From: Meiothermus sp.
Lineage (GTDB): Bacteria; Deinococcota; Deinococci; Deinococcales; Thermaceae
Length of the DNA stretch: 32,000 bases
Reading direction: 5' to 3'
Assembly: GCA_033762915.1 (NCBI GenBank)
Contig: JANRLD010000094.1
Location: 16,469-48,468, forward strand
Shown piece by piece: positions 8,004 through 14,940 of the stretch (positions are counted from its first letter, which is position 1; every line of letters begins with the position of its first letter). The notes beneath the pieces were generated by a model, which worked only from the letters and a program-made list of their open reading frames with translations, was not told the DNA's origin and ran no database searches. A program made the translations under genes and the position numbers.

Positions 8004-9476
8004 ATGCATCTCTACACCCCCCAGGACATGCGCGAGGCGGACGCCAAGGCCGCCCTTCTGGGCTATCCGAGCCTGCTGCTGATGGACACCGCCGGGCGCA
8101 TAGCGGCCCGGACGCTGGTGCGGGCCTGGCCGGAACGCAAGGCGGTGGTGCTGTGCGGCAAGGGCAACAACGGCGGCGACGGACTGGTGGCGGCGCGGTG
8201 GCTGCACGTCTGGGGTAACGAGGTCGAGGTTTACGCGGCCGAAGGCCAGAGTGGGGACGCCCTGCTGGCCCGCCAGGCACTGCTGGCGCACGGCCTCGAG
8301 ATCCGGCCCCTCGAGCAGTTCCGCCCCGAGCGGCACACGGCCATCCTGGACGCGCTGGTGGGGACGGGGTTGAGGGGCCAACTCGAGGGCTTTTATGCCG
8401 AACTGGTCGGGCTAATCAACGGCTCGGGGCTGCCCATTCTGAGCGTCGACGTGCCCTCGGGTCTTCCCTACTCGCCGCACGTCCGGGCCGGGCGGACCGT
8501 GGCGCTTGCGGGGCTGAAGCGAGAGCACGTCTTCTACCCGTGGCGACAGAGCTGCGGGCAGATTTACCTTAACGCCATCGGAATGCCCCCGGCGGCGCTG
8601 GGGCGCCCTGACCTGCCGGAAATCCTGACCCCTGCGGCCATGCGGGGGCTGCTGCCTGCGAGGGAGGGCAAGGCCCACAAGGGCTCGGTGGGGCGGGTGC
8701 TGGTGGCGGGCGGGTTCCGCAGCTACACGGGTGCGCCCAGCCTCTCGGCGCTGGGGGCCTACCGGATTGGGCTGGGGCTGGTGACGGTAGCCTACCCCGC
8801 CGACTGCGAGGTGCAGCCACCGATGGAGGCCGTCCGGCTGCCGCTGTTTGACTGGAACCTGGCGAACCTCCAGACCGCCAAGGCCGACGCGGTTGCGGTG
8901 GGGATGGGGGCGGGTGACGGGGGAACCCAGGCCGCGCTGGCGGCGCTGGAGCTGGTGCTCCCCGCCGTCCTCGACGCCGACGCGCTGCAGCCCAGGGTGC
9001 TCTCCGCCTACAGCCAGGCGGGTATCCCAACTGTGGTCACCCCGCACCCCGGCGAGGCAGGCCGCCTGCTGGGCGTTCCCCCATCAGAGATTGCCAATAG
9101 GCCGCTCGAGTACGCCGCCGAGCTGGCCGGGAAGTACCCCAATCTGGTCGTCGTGCTCAAGGGCGGCCCCACCGTGATCGCGCACAAGCCCTCGATCCAG
9201 GCCCCACTTCTGGCCGTGAACAGCACCGGCAACCCCGAGATGGCCACGGGCGGCATGGGCGACGTGCTCTCCGGGGTGATCGCGGCCCTGCTTTCCAAGG
9301 GGCTCTCGGCTTGGGACGCCGCCCGTCTGGGCGTCTACCTGCACGGCCTTGCGGGCGACCTGGCCCGCAAGCCCGGCCTGATGGCCCGCGAGGTCGCCGA
9401 GGCCCTGCCGGGGGCCATGGAGCGGCTGGGGAAGGGGGCGGTGCGGGCCTACTGGGAGGCAGAGGGCGACGGGTAG
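8004..9476 (+). CDS. nnr: Bifunctional NAD(P)H-hydrate epimerase / ADP-dependent NAD(P)H-hydrate dehydratase
   Basis: The N-terminal YjeF_N domain has GKGNNGGDGLVAAR. The C-terminal carbohydrate-kinase domain has HKGSVGRVLVAGG, VTPHPGE, GNPEMATGGMGDVLSG. Confidence 0.9.
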   Translation: MHLYTPQDMREADAKAALLGYPSLLLMDTAGRIAARTLVRAWPERKAVVLCGKGNNGGDGLVAARWLHVWGNEVEVYAAEGQSGDALLARQALLAHGLEIRPLEQFRPERHTAILDALVGTGLRGQLEGFYAELVGLINGSGLPILSVDVPSGLPYSPHVRAGRTVALAGLKREHVFYPWRQSCGQIYLNAIGMPPAALGRPDLPEILTPAAMRGLLPAREGKAHKGSVGRVLVAGGFRSYTGAPSLSALGAYRIGLGLVTVAYPADCEVQPPMEAVRLPLFDWNLANLQTAKADAVAVGMGAGDGGTQAALAALELVLPAVLDADALQPRVLSAYSQAGIPTVVTPHPGEAGRLLGVPPSEIANRPLEYAAELAGKYPNLVVVLKGGPTVIAHKPSIQAPLLAVNSTGNPEMATGGMGDVLSGVIAALLSKGLSAWDAARLGVYLHGLAGDLARKPGLMAREVAEALPGAMERLGKGAVRAYWEAEGDG

Positions 9477-9551
9477 GCCAAGGGTGTAGGGGTGCTCGAG
9501 AACTCGGTCAACTTCCAGCCCCCCGCCCCCGCCCACCCCTTATGATGGTTT

Positions 9552-10442
9552 GTGATGCTGGAGGTTCGCGTTCCCGCCACGCTGGCGAATCTGGGTTCGG
9601 GCTTCGACGCGCTCGGGGTGGCGCTGGGGCTGTACCTCGAGGTCTCTGCCAAGCCCGCCGCCACAGACGAGTTTCACTACTCGGGGCAGGGCAGCCTGCC
9701 CGACTCGCCGGACAACCTGATTCACCAGGGCTTCCGGGCGGCCTTCGCTGACCTGGGAGAGCCCGCTCCCGCGGTCGCCGTCACCGCCCGCAACCCCATC
9801 CCGCTGGCGCGAGGCATGGGCAGCAGCTCGGCGGCGCTGGTGGCAGGCGCGGCGCTGGCCGACGCAATGAGCGGGGGTAAGCTGGGGCGCGACGGGGTGT
9901 TTCGGGTGACGGCGCGGCTGGAGGGCCACCCCGACAACGTGGCCCCAGCGGTCTACGGGGGCTTCGTGGCGGCCCTGGCCGACCCACCCCTGGCGCTGCC
10001 GCTCCCCGCGCCTGAGGGCCTGCGGTTCGTGCTGGGGGTTCCGGCCTATGAGGTGCCCACCCCGCTGGCCCGGGCCGCCCTGCCCCAAACCGTCCCCTAC
10101 GGCGACGCGGTGTTTAACCTCAGCCGGGCCGCGCTGTGGCCCGCCGCGCTGTACTCCGGACGCTTCGAGGCGCTGCGCGAGGCGGCCCGCGACCGGCTGC
10201 ACCAGGGCTACCGTGCCCACCTAATGCCCGGCCTCGAGGGGGCACTCGAGGCCGCCTACGCGGCAGGGGCGCTGGCGGCCTTCGTGGGCGGCGCGGGGCC
10301 GACCCTGGCAACCCTGGTGCACCCGCAGCGGGCAGACAGTGTGGGCACGGCCCTACAAAGCTACATTGGTGGGGGCAGAGTATTGACGTTGGACCTGGGA
10401 GCGGGAGTCTCATGGAAGGAAGCCTCAGCACCATCGCACTGA
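9552..10442 (+). CDS. thrB: Homoserine kinase
   Basis: GHMP kinase motifs: VRVPATLANLGSGFD, PLARGMGSSSAALVAG, EGHPDNVAPAVYGG. Confidence 0.9.
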   Translation: MMLEVRVPATLANLGSGFDALGVALGLYLEVSAKPAATDEFHYSGQGSLPDSPDNLIHQGFRAAFADLGEPAPAVAVTARNPIPLARGMGSSSAALVAGAALADAMSGGKLGRDGVFRVTARLEGHPDNVAPAVYGGFVAALADPPLALPLPAPEGLRFVLGVPAYEVPTPLARAALPQTVPYGDAVFNLSRAALWPAALYSGRFEALREAARDRLHQGYRAHLMPGLEGALEAAYAAGALAAFVGGAGPTLATLVHPQRADSVGTALQSYIGGGRVLTLDLGAGVSWKEASAPSH

Positions 10443-11191
10443 CCGATGTCCTCGAGGTCGTCCACAGCAACCGGGGCACCGGGCTGCTGAGCCTGGGCGT
10501 ACCGCAGGGCATCGGACGGCTGCCGCTGGAGTTGCGCTTCGTGGAGGGCGAGGTGGTGGGCGGGGCCATCCTGGACTGGGAGGGCCTCGAGGCGGTCTCG
10601 ACCTTCCCCCTGCACGCCCGCAAAGGACAGTTCAGCTTCGGCCTGCAGCCGGTGGCGGGGGTGCCGCTGCTGCCCTTCAAGAACTTCATGGGCGAGTGGG
10701 CGCGGCTGGGCGAGCAGTGGAACCGTCTGCGCGCCCAGATCGATTCCCCCAGCCGCGTCCTCGACACCCCCAAGGCCAAGGAGCCTTACGGCGTGTTCAT
10801 GGGCGGGCGCAGCATCCGGGGCGCGGCGAAAGCCTGGGGCGTCCCGCTGATCATCGCGATGGACCGTACCGTGCGCGGCCTCGAGGAGGAGGCCATCGCC
10901 AAACTGCGCAAGTACGCCTGGTATGGCCTGCGGGTGCGCCACCCGGCCTCCCGCCGCACCCAGTCCGACATCACCGACTCCTACCACCTGACCGCCGTCC
11001 TCGACGGCAGCCGCAACCTCGGCGAGCTGATCCAGTCCGGCATCTCCCTGCGGGTGATGCGCGAGTACCTGGTGCAAGAGCTTTCCACCGGCGAACTCGA
11101 GGTGCCCGGCAAGGGCTGGCTGCTGCGCGACCTGCTGTGGGAGATGGAGGCCGAGGAGTCGGGGCTGGTGACAGGCGAAAAGAAGCCGTGA
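10412..11191 (+). CDS. DUF4388 (PatA-N-like) domain protein
   Basis: MEGSLSTIALTDVLEVVHSNRGTGLLSL fits the DUF4388 N-terminal signature (G.L....l.dvlq.l....tG.L). The track ORF start at 10136 would run through thrB, so I use the ATG at 10412, which overlaps the thrB end by 31 nt. Confidence 0.65.
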   Translation: MEGSLSTIALTDVLEVVHSNRGTGLLSLGVPQGIGRLPLELRFVEGEVVGGAILDWEGLEAVSTFPLHARKGQFSFGLQPVAGVPLLPFKNFMGEWARLGEQWNRLRAQIDSPSRVLDTPKAKEPYGVFMGGRSIRGAAKAWGVPLIIAMDRTVRGLEEEAIAKLRKYAWYGLRVRHPASRRTQSDITDSYHLTAVLDGSRNLGELIQSGISLRVMREYLVQELSTGELEVPGKGWLLRDLLWEMEAEESGLVTGEKKP

Positions 11192-11228
11192 GCGATGCGC
11201 GGTGGGCTTAAGTGTCTTCATGGCTGAA

Positions 11229-11407
11229 GTGCGAACTATCGCCCGCCAGCTCCCGCAGGGAATTGCGCCTCGGGTAGCCGCTCTGCGGCTATGGCGCACG
11301 CCACTCCGCCCTGGGTAGCCGCTCTGCGGCTATGGCGCACGCCACTCCGCCCCAGCACGTATTTGCCGCTTCCGCCGATTCCGCACTTCTACCCTGGCGC
11401 AACTTAC
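11229..11407. repeat. Intergenic repeat element, copy A
   Basis: Shares long near-identical blocks with 18866-19053 and 24249-24320, including CGCCCGCCAGCTCCCGCAGGGAATTGCGCCTCGGGTAGCCGC and TTTGCCGCTTCCGC..ACCCTGGCGCAACTTAC. All three copies are in the same orientation. Confidence 0.75.
11272..11353. repeat. 41-bp tandem duplication inside repeat copy A (GGGTAGCCGCTCTGCGGCTATGGCGCACGCCACTCCGCCCT x2)
   Basis: The two adjacent units are identical apart from the last base. Each unit contains a TAGCCGC-tct-GCGGCTA hairpin. Confidence 0.85.
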
Positions 11408-11475
11408 TCCGCTTTAGCGCACGCATTACCGCACGCTTTAGCGCCGTACCTGGGCGGAGTAGTGGTGGGAGGCCT

Positions 11476-12560
11476 CTATGTCAATACTTCGCACAGAGCG
11501 CGGTAGACCGAACGACAGACTTGGCGTTTGGTGGCCCGCGTGGCCTGTCGGGCGGCCATCCCGGCCTGTCGCTTGCCGTCGCGGTAGGTTCGGGTGTCGG
11601 GGTCACGCTTGAGGCGATTCCAGGTGATGAGTTCAATGGTCCGGTTGAGGCGTCGGTTGCCTCCTGGATTAACCTTGACTCGCTGATTGTTGGCCGAGGA
11701 GTGATCCTTGGGGGCTTGGGGGCCACGCCGGCATAACTGGCGAAGGCGGCTTCGCTGCGGAAGCGCCGCATGTCCTGCGCCTCCCCGATCAACACAGCGG
11801 CACTCACCAGGCCGATCCCCGTAGCGTTCAGGAGGGCTCGGTAGGGTTCTAGCAGTTTCTCCAGCACCTTTTCAAGTTCCCGAATCTGCTGCTGTAAGGT
11901 GGTGTACACCGCCTCCAGGCTGGTCCTGACCTGCGGCAAGGCGTAGGGCTGGGCCGCCAGCGCCTCGATCTGCTGTCCGATGGCGACCCGTTGAGCCACT
12001 AAGCTCTCCCGACTACGCTCCAGGCTCTGGATTTGTAGGGCAGAGGTCGGTAGCCGCAGGGGGAAACGCTTCTCCCACACACTGGCTTCCAGCAGAACCG
12101 TCGCGGCCTGTCGAGCATCTTCAAAGTCGTTCTTGACCTTCTGACGACGCTTGCGCATATGGGCAATCTCAGTGGCTGGGATGTCGTAGACCTGCTGCCC
12201 CTGAGACAACAGGTACCAACTCAGGCCCAGCCCGTAGCCTCTGGCGTTCTCCACTGCAAAGACCAACCCTGACCCCGACTCTGACTCCGACTCCAAATCT
12301 GACTCCGACCCCGACTCCGACTCCGACTCCAACTCTGACCCTGTTCCCAATCCGCAGCCGTGTTCCTTCAATCCCGACAGCAGTTGAGCATAGCCCGCCT
12401 GGGTATTGGGTAACTCGCCCTGAGTTTTGACCCCTCCGCCGAGTCCGCCGAGTCCTGTCCCGAGCAGCACGTAGCTAAAGCTCCGCTTGTGGGCATCCAC
12501 CCCTACCACCCATTTGACCTCAGACCCTGCACTCAGCGGTAGTTGAGCTAGACTATTCAT
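11476..12560 (-). pseudogene. IS110-family transposase (DEDD N-terminal domain plus transposase_20 C-terminal domain), frameshifted
   Basis: N-terminus VGVDAHKRSF. C-terminal domain TGIGLVSAAVLIGEAQDMRRFRSEAAFASYAGVAP. After AGVAPK the track frame turns into nonsense. Shifting frame gives DHSSANNQRVKVNPGGNRRLNRTIELITWNRLKRDPDTRTYRDGKRQAGMAARQATRATKRQVCRSVYRALCEVLT and a stop at 11476-11478, the expected IS110 C-terminus. The cause is an 8-bp tandem duplication at 11707-11722. Confidence 0.85.
12271..12340 (-). repeat. Hexanucleotide (GACTCC-like) microsatellite inside the transposase gene, encoding SELESESESGSESDLESESESGSG
   Basis: The plus strand reads gaccccgactctgactccgactccaaatctgactccgaccccgactccgactccgactccaactctgaccct. 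It forms a low-complexity insert between the DEDD-domain strand LLSGLKEHG and LVFAVENARG. Confidence 0.85.
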
Positions 12561-12746
12561 GGCTCCCCCTGTACCCGACTGCCCAGAACATTTCTGTGGC
12601 CAGCGCTTTGGCGCACGCTTCTATCGAGCTACTGGGGGAGTCGAGTCTGTTTGGCTAGGGCGGGAAGCAACTCCCACTCGGCAACTTAGGCTAAACGCGA
12701 TCGAGCTATCCTGCCCTCCTTCTACTCTAATCCCACAGAAACGCGA

Positions 12747-12863
12747 TCAGTTGCCGGTAACCGCCCAGGTGACGGCGGCCTGGAACAGCCAGCCCCCCAC
12801 TAGGCGGTGTCAACCAGGGTGGAGCTGGTGTCCTGGAACATGAAGGCCACGCGGAGGGCGCGG
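12747..12863 (-). pseudogene. Relic of the 3' end of a subtilase paralog (C-terminal domain type of the 20540-22408 gene)
   Basis: DNA homology to 20540-20650 (gatcagttgccggtaaccgcccaggtgacggcggcc vs gatcagttcccgctgaccgcccaggtgacagcggcc). The translation ARALRVAFMFQDTSSTLVDTA(stop) then, after a frameshift, GWLFQAAVTWAVTGN(stop) matches APARRVAFFMRDNQASKLTPVGWNLFEAAVTWAVSGN(stop). Confidence 0.75.
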
Positions 12864-12874
12864 GCAAAACAGTA

Positions 12875-12896
12875 CCCCTCGAGCAAGCTCGAGGGG
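12875..12896 (-). terminator. Terminator hairpin CCCCTCGAG-caag-CTCGAGGGG after subtilase 1
   Basis: 9-bp GC-rich stem with a 4-nt loop, 19 nt beyond the stop at 12915. The same sequence recurs after subtilases 2 and 3. Confidence 0.6.
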
Positions 12897-12914
12897 CACC
12901 TGCCCTACCGGGTT

Positions 12915-14687
12915 TTACGGGTTGCGCACCAGGCGCATATCGTCTACCAGAACCGTGCTGGTGCCGTGGCCGCGCCACAGCACCACGTTGAGATGGGTGG
13001 TGGTGGGGCCGGTGGTGATGGTGAGCGAGCGGCTGGTATAGGCGGTGGTGTCGCTCTTAACCGAGGTGGTGGTCCGCTCGAGCAACATCGAGGCGGCATC
13101 GGACTGGTCGAGGCTGAGGGAGGCGGCGTCGGCAAGGTTGGCGAAGCGAAACCAGGCCGTGACGGTGTAGCTGGTGTTGGGGCTGACCGGAATCCGGTGG
13201 CTCCAGGCCCCGCCCATCCCGACCGAGAGGGCTCCAGAGCCCGAGCGCTGCCCGCTGGTAGCGCGGGAGGCACTCTCGAAGCCCCACGACGCAGTGGTCT
13301 CGAGGCCGCCGTTGGGGAGCAGGTTGGTGGCCGAGGCTACCGCAGCGGGCTCGGCAAAGCCGGGCAGCGATCGCAGCAGGTTGGCGCTGTCCACCATCCC
13401 CAGGCCCAAGCTCAGCCACGCGCCGCCTCGAGCTTGGCTGGTGCGGTTCCACATGTCGTTGGTGAAGGCCGAGTCCACGGCCAGCTGCCACAAGTTGGCC
13501 CGGGCGGTGACGTTGGTGGTCTCGCCGAAGGCCAGGGCCAGGGCGCCCGAGACCAGTGGGGCGGCGAAGGAGGTGCCGGTGAACTGGGCGGTACGGCTGC
13601 CGGGGAATGCGCTCACCACCCCCTCCCCCACCCCGCCCAGCACGAAGTTGTTGCCGTAGGCCGAGAACAGCGACAGCTCGGAGCGGCGGTTGAAGCTGCC
13701 CACGCTGAAAAGGAAGGGGTGCACCTGCTCCCACCAGGCGTAGCGGGCGGGGTAGGTGAGGGCGTTCTCCTGGCCGTTGTTGCCCGCGCTGGCCACCACG
13801 TAGACCCCCCTGGCCTTGGCCGCCGAGAGGGCGGTCAGGAGGGCGTCGCTGGGGTCGGTGGCGCCGAGCGAGACGTTGATAACCCGGGCCCCGCTGTTGA
13901 GGGCGTGGTTGACCCCGGCGATCACGCGGTCCAGGGTGCCTACGCCGTTGGGGCCGAGGACCCGGATGGGCAGGATGGTGGCCCTGGGCGCCACCTGGAG
14001 GATCAGCCCGGCCACCCCGGTACCGTGCCCGAAGGCGTTGGGAGTGCCCGAGTTGACCTCCTGGGGATTGTTGTCGCCGTCGACAAAGTCGCGCCACTCG
14101 GCGCTGGGGGCTAGGCGGCCCGCGAACATGGGGTGGGCGGTGTCGAGGCCAGTGTCGACAACCGCGACCTTGACCCCCGCCCCGAAGTTCCTGGCCAGGG
14201 CGTGGGCCTGCCGCAGTTGCATCATGGTCCAGACGGCGTTGTTCTCGGCCGGGGGCTGGGGAGGAGTGGTGCCGCCACTCCAAGCGTTCCAGCCACCGCT
14301 CCAGGCGTTCCACCCACTGCTCCAGGCGTTCCAGCCGCCACTCCAGGCGTTCCAGCCGCCGCTCCACCCGTTCCAACCCTGGGCGGTGGCCATCGGCACG
14401 TTGAGCGCGGAGTTGGCCTCGAGGGTGGTGTTTTGCATGGAGATGCCGCGGACTTGCAGCTGGGCCACCGCCTCGCCGGTCATCCTGAGGATGGCCTGGC
14501 CGTCTAGCCAGGCGATCACCTCGCCGCCATAGCGCTGGGTTACTGCTTCTTGGGTGTCGGCTGGCTCGAGCCGGACCGTCAGCAGGTAGTCGCTGCCGCC
14601 CGGCGAGCTGGCCGTGGGGGCGCTCCCGCAGGCCGCCAGGAGCGCGACCAGCACGACCGCCACGCCATGTTTAAGTTTGAAAGTCAT
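12915..14687 (-). CDS. Lipoprotein S8 subtilase 1: I9-like propeptide, 5x GWN(A/G)WS(G/S) repeats, catalytic domain, CBM4_9-like C-terminal domain
   Basis: Lipobox LLAAC|GS. Triad motifs VAVVDTGLD, HGTGVAG, GTSFAAPLVSG. AGGAGG RBS 8 nt upstream of the ATG. The C-terminal roughly 140 aa (LPNGGLETTASWGFES...SYTVTAWFRF...VLVDDMRLV) looks like a CBM4_9/galactose-binding-like module. Confidence 0.9.
   Translation of the reverse strand: MTFKLKHGVAVVLVALLAACGSAPTASSPGGSDYLLTVRLEPADTQEAVTQRYGGEVIAWLDGQAILRMTGEAVAQLQVRGISMQNTTLEANSALNVPMATAQGWNGWSGGWNAWSGGWNAWSSGWNAWSGGWNAWSGGTTPPQPPAENNAVWTMMQLRQAHALARNFGAGVKVAVVDTGLDTAHPMFAGRLAPSAEWRDFVDGDNNPQEVNSGTPNAFGHGTGVAGLILQVAPRATILPIRVLGPNGVGTLDRVIAGVNHALNSGARVINVSLGATDPSDALLTALSAAKARGVYVVASAGNNGQENALTYPARYAWWEQVHPFLFSVGSFNRRSELSLFSAYGNNFVLGGVGEGVVSAFPGSRTAQFTGTSFAAPLVSGALALAFGETTNVTARANLWQLAVDSAFTNDMWNRTSQARGGAWLSLGLGMVDSANLLRSLPGFAEPAAVASATNLLPNGGLETTASWGFESASRATSGQRSGSGALSVGMGGAWSHRIPVSPNTSYTVTAWFRFANLADAASLSLDQSDAASMLLERTTTSVKSDTTAYTSRSLTITTGPTTTHLNVVLWRGHGTSTVLVDDMRLVRNP
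14274..14378 (-). repeat. 5 tandem 21-nt repeats encoding GWNGWSG-GWNAWSG-GWNAWSS-GWNAWSG-GWNAWSG
   Basis: Direct reading of the translation (aa 104-138 of subtilase 1). The periodic ccaggcgttccagcc units are visible in the DNA. Confidence 0.95.
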
Positions 14688-14756
14688 AGATCTGCCTCCT
14701 CAAGACCTTTTGCCTGGTGAGCTTACACAGGCCGACCAACATGGGTTGAGCTACTT

Positions 14757-14788
14757 AACCGTTACAAACAAGGCGTGCGTTACAGCGG
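14757..14788 (-). promoter_or_regulatory. Conserved bipartite upstream motif of subtilase 1 (gene sense CCGCTGTAACGC-N11-GTAACGGTT)
   Basis: The same two boxes with an identical 11-nt spacer length occur upstream of all five paralogs, 58-74 nt from each ATG. An AAC ... CGG spacing of about 17 nt resembles ECF-sigma promoters. Confidence 0.6.
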
Positions 14789-14905
14789 GATTCAACCCAT
14801 GGCCTGCGAACACCTCGGTGGAATCCACTCCCCGCCGTGTTTTCGGGGTGCGGTGTCGCGGCCAAACAATCTGCCAACCGCTGTAGGGATAGGGGCGCAG
14901 GAAAA

Positions 14906-14927
14906 CCCCTCGAGCAAGCTCGAGGGG
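14906..14927 (-). terminator. Terminator hairpin CCCCTCGAG-caag-CTCGAGGGG after subtilase 2
   Basis: Identical hairpin to 12875-12896, 14 nt beyond the stop at 14941. Confidence 0.6.
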
Positions 14928-14940
14928 CCTCCTCTGGGGC

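Larger units (their letters stand above)
11460..12736 (-). mobile_element. IS110-family insertion sequence (approximate boundaries), decayed
   Basis: Contains the IS110-type transposase gene plus about 175 nt of 5' non-coding sequence. The right limit is set where homology to the subtilase 3' flank begins (about 12737). The left limit is uncertain, between 11408 and 11475. Confidence 0.55.

Noticed and set aside
11272-11353. The tandem 41-bp units (also at 18918-18999) and the 21-nt repeats as possible CRISPR arrays
   Set aside because: The units are directly adjacent with no spacers, and there are only two units per site. The 21-nt repeats are in-frame coding repeats. No cas genes are present.
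12807-14114. Long plus-strand ORFs antisense to real genes, for example 12807-14114, 16994-18715, 6538-7743, 1318-2430, 27881-29338 and 30021-30860
   Set aside because: Their translations are Gly/Arg/Pro/Ala/His-rich with no recognisable motifs. Each one mirrors a minus-strand gene that has clear family signatures. This is the typical open antisense frame of very GC-rich DNA.
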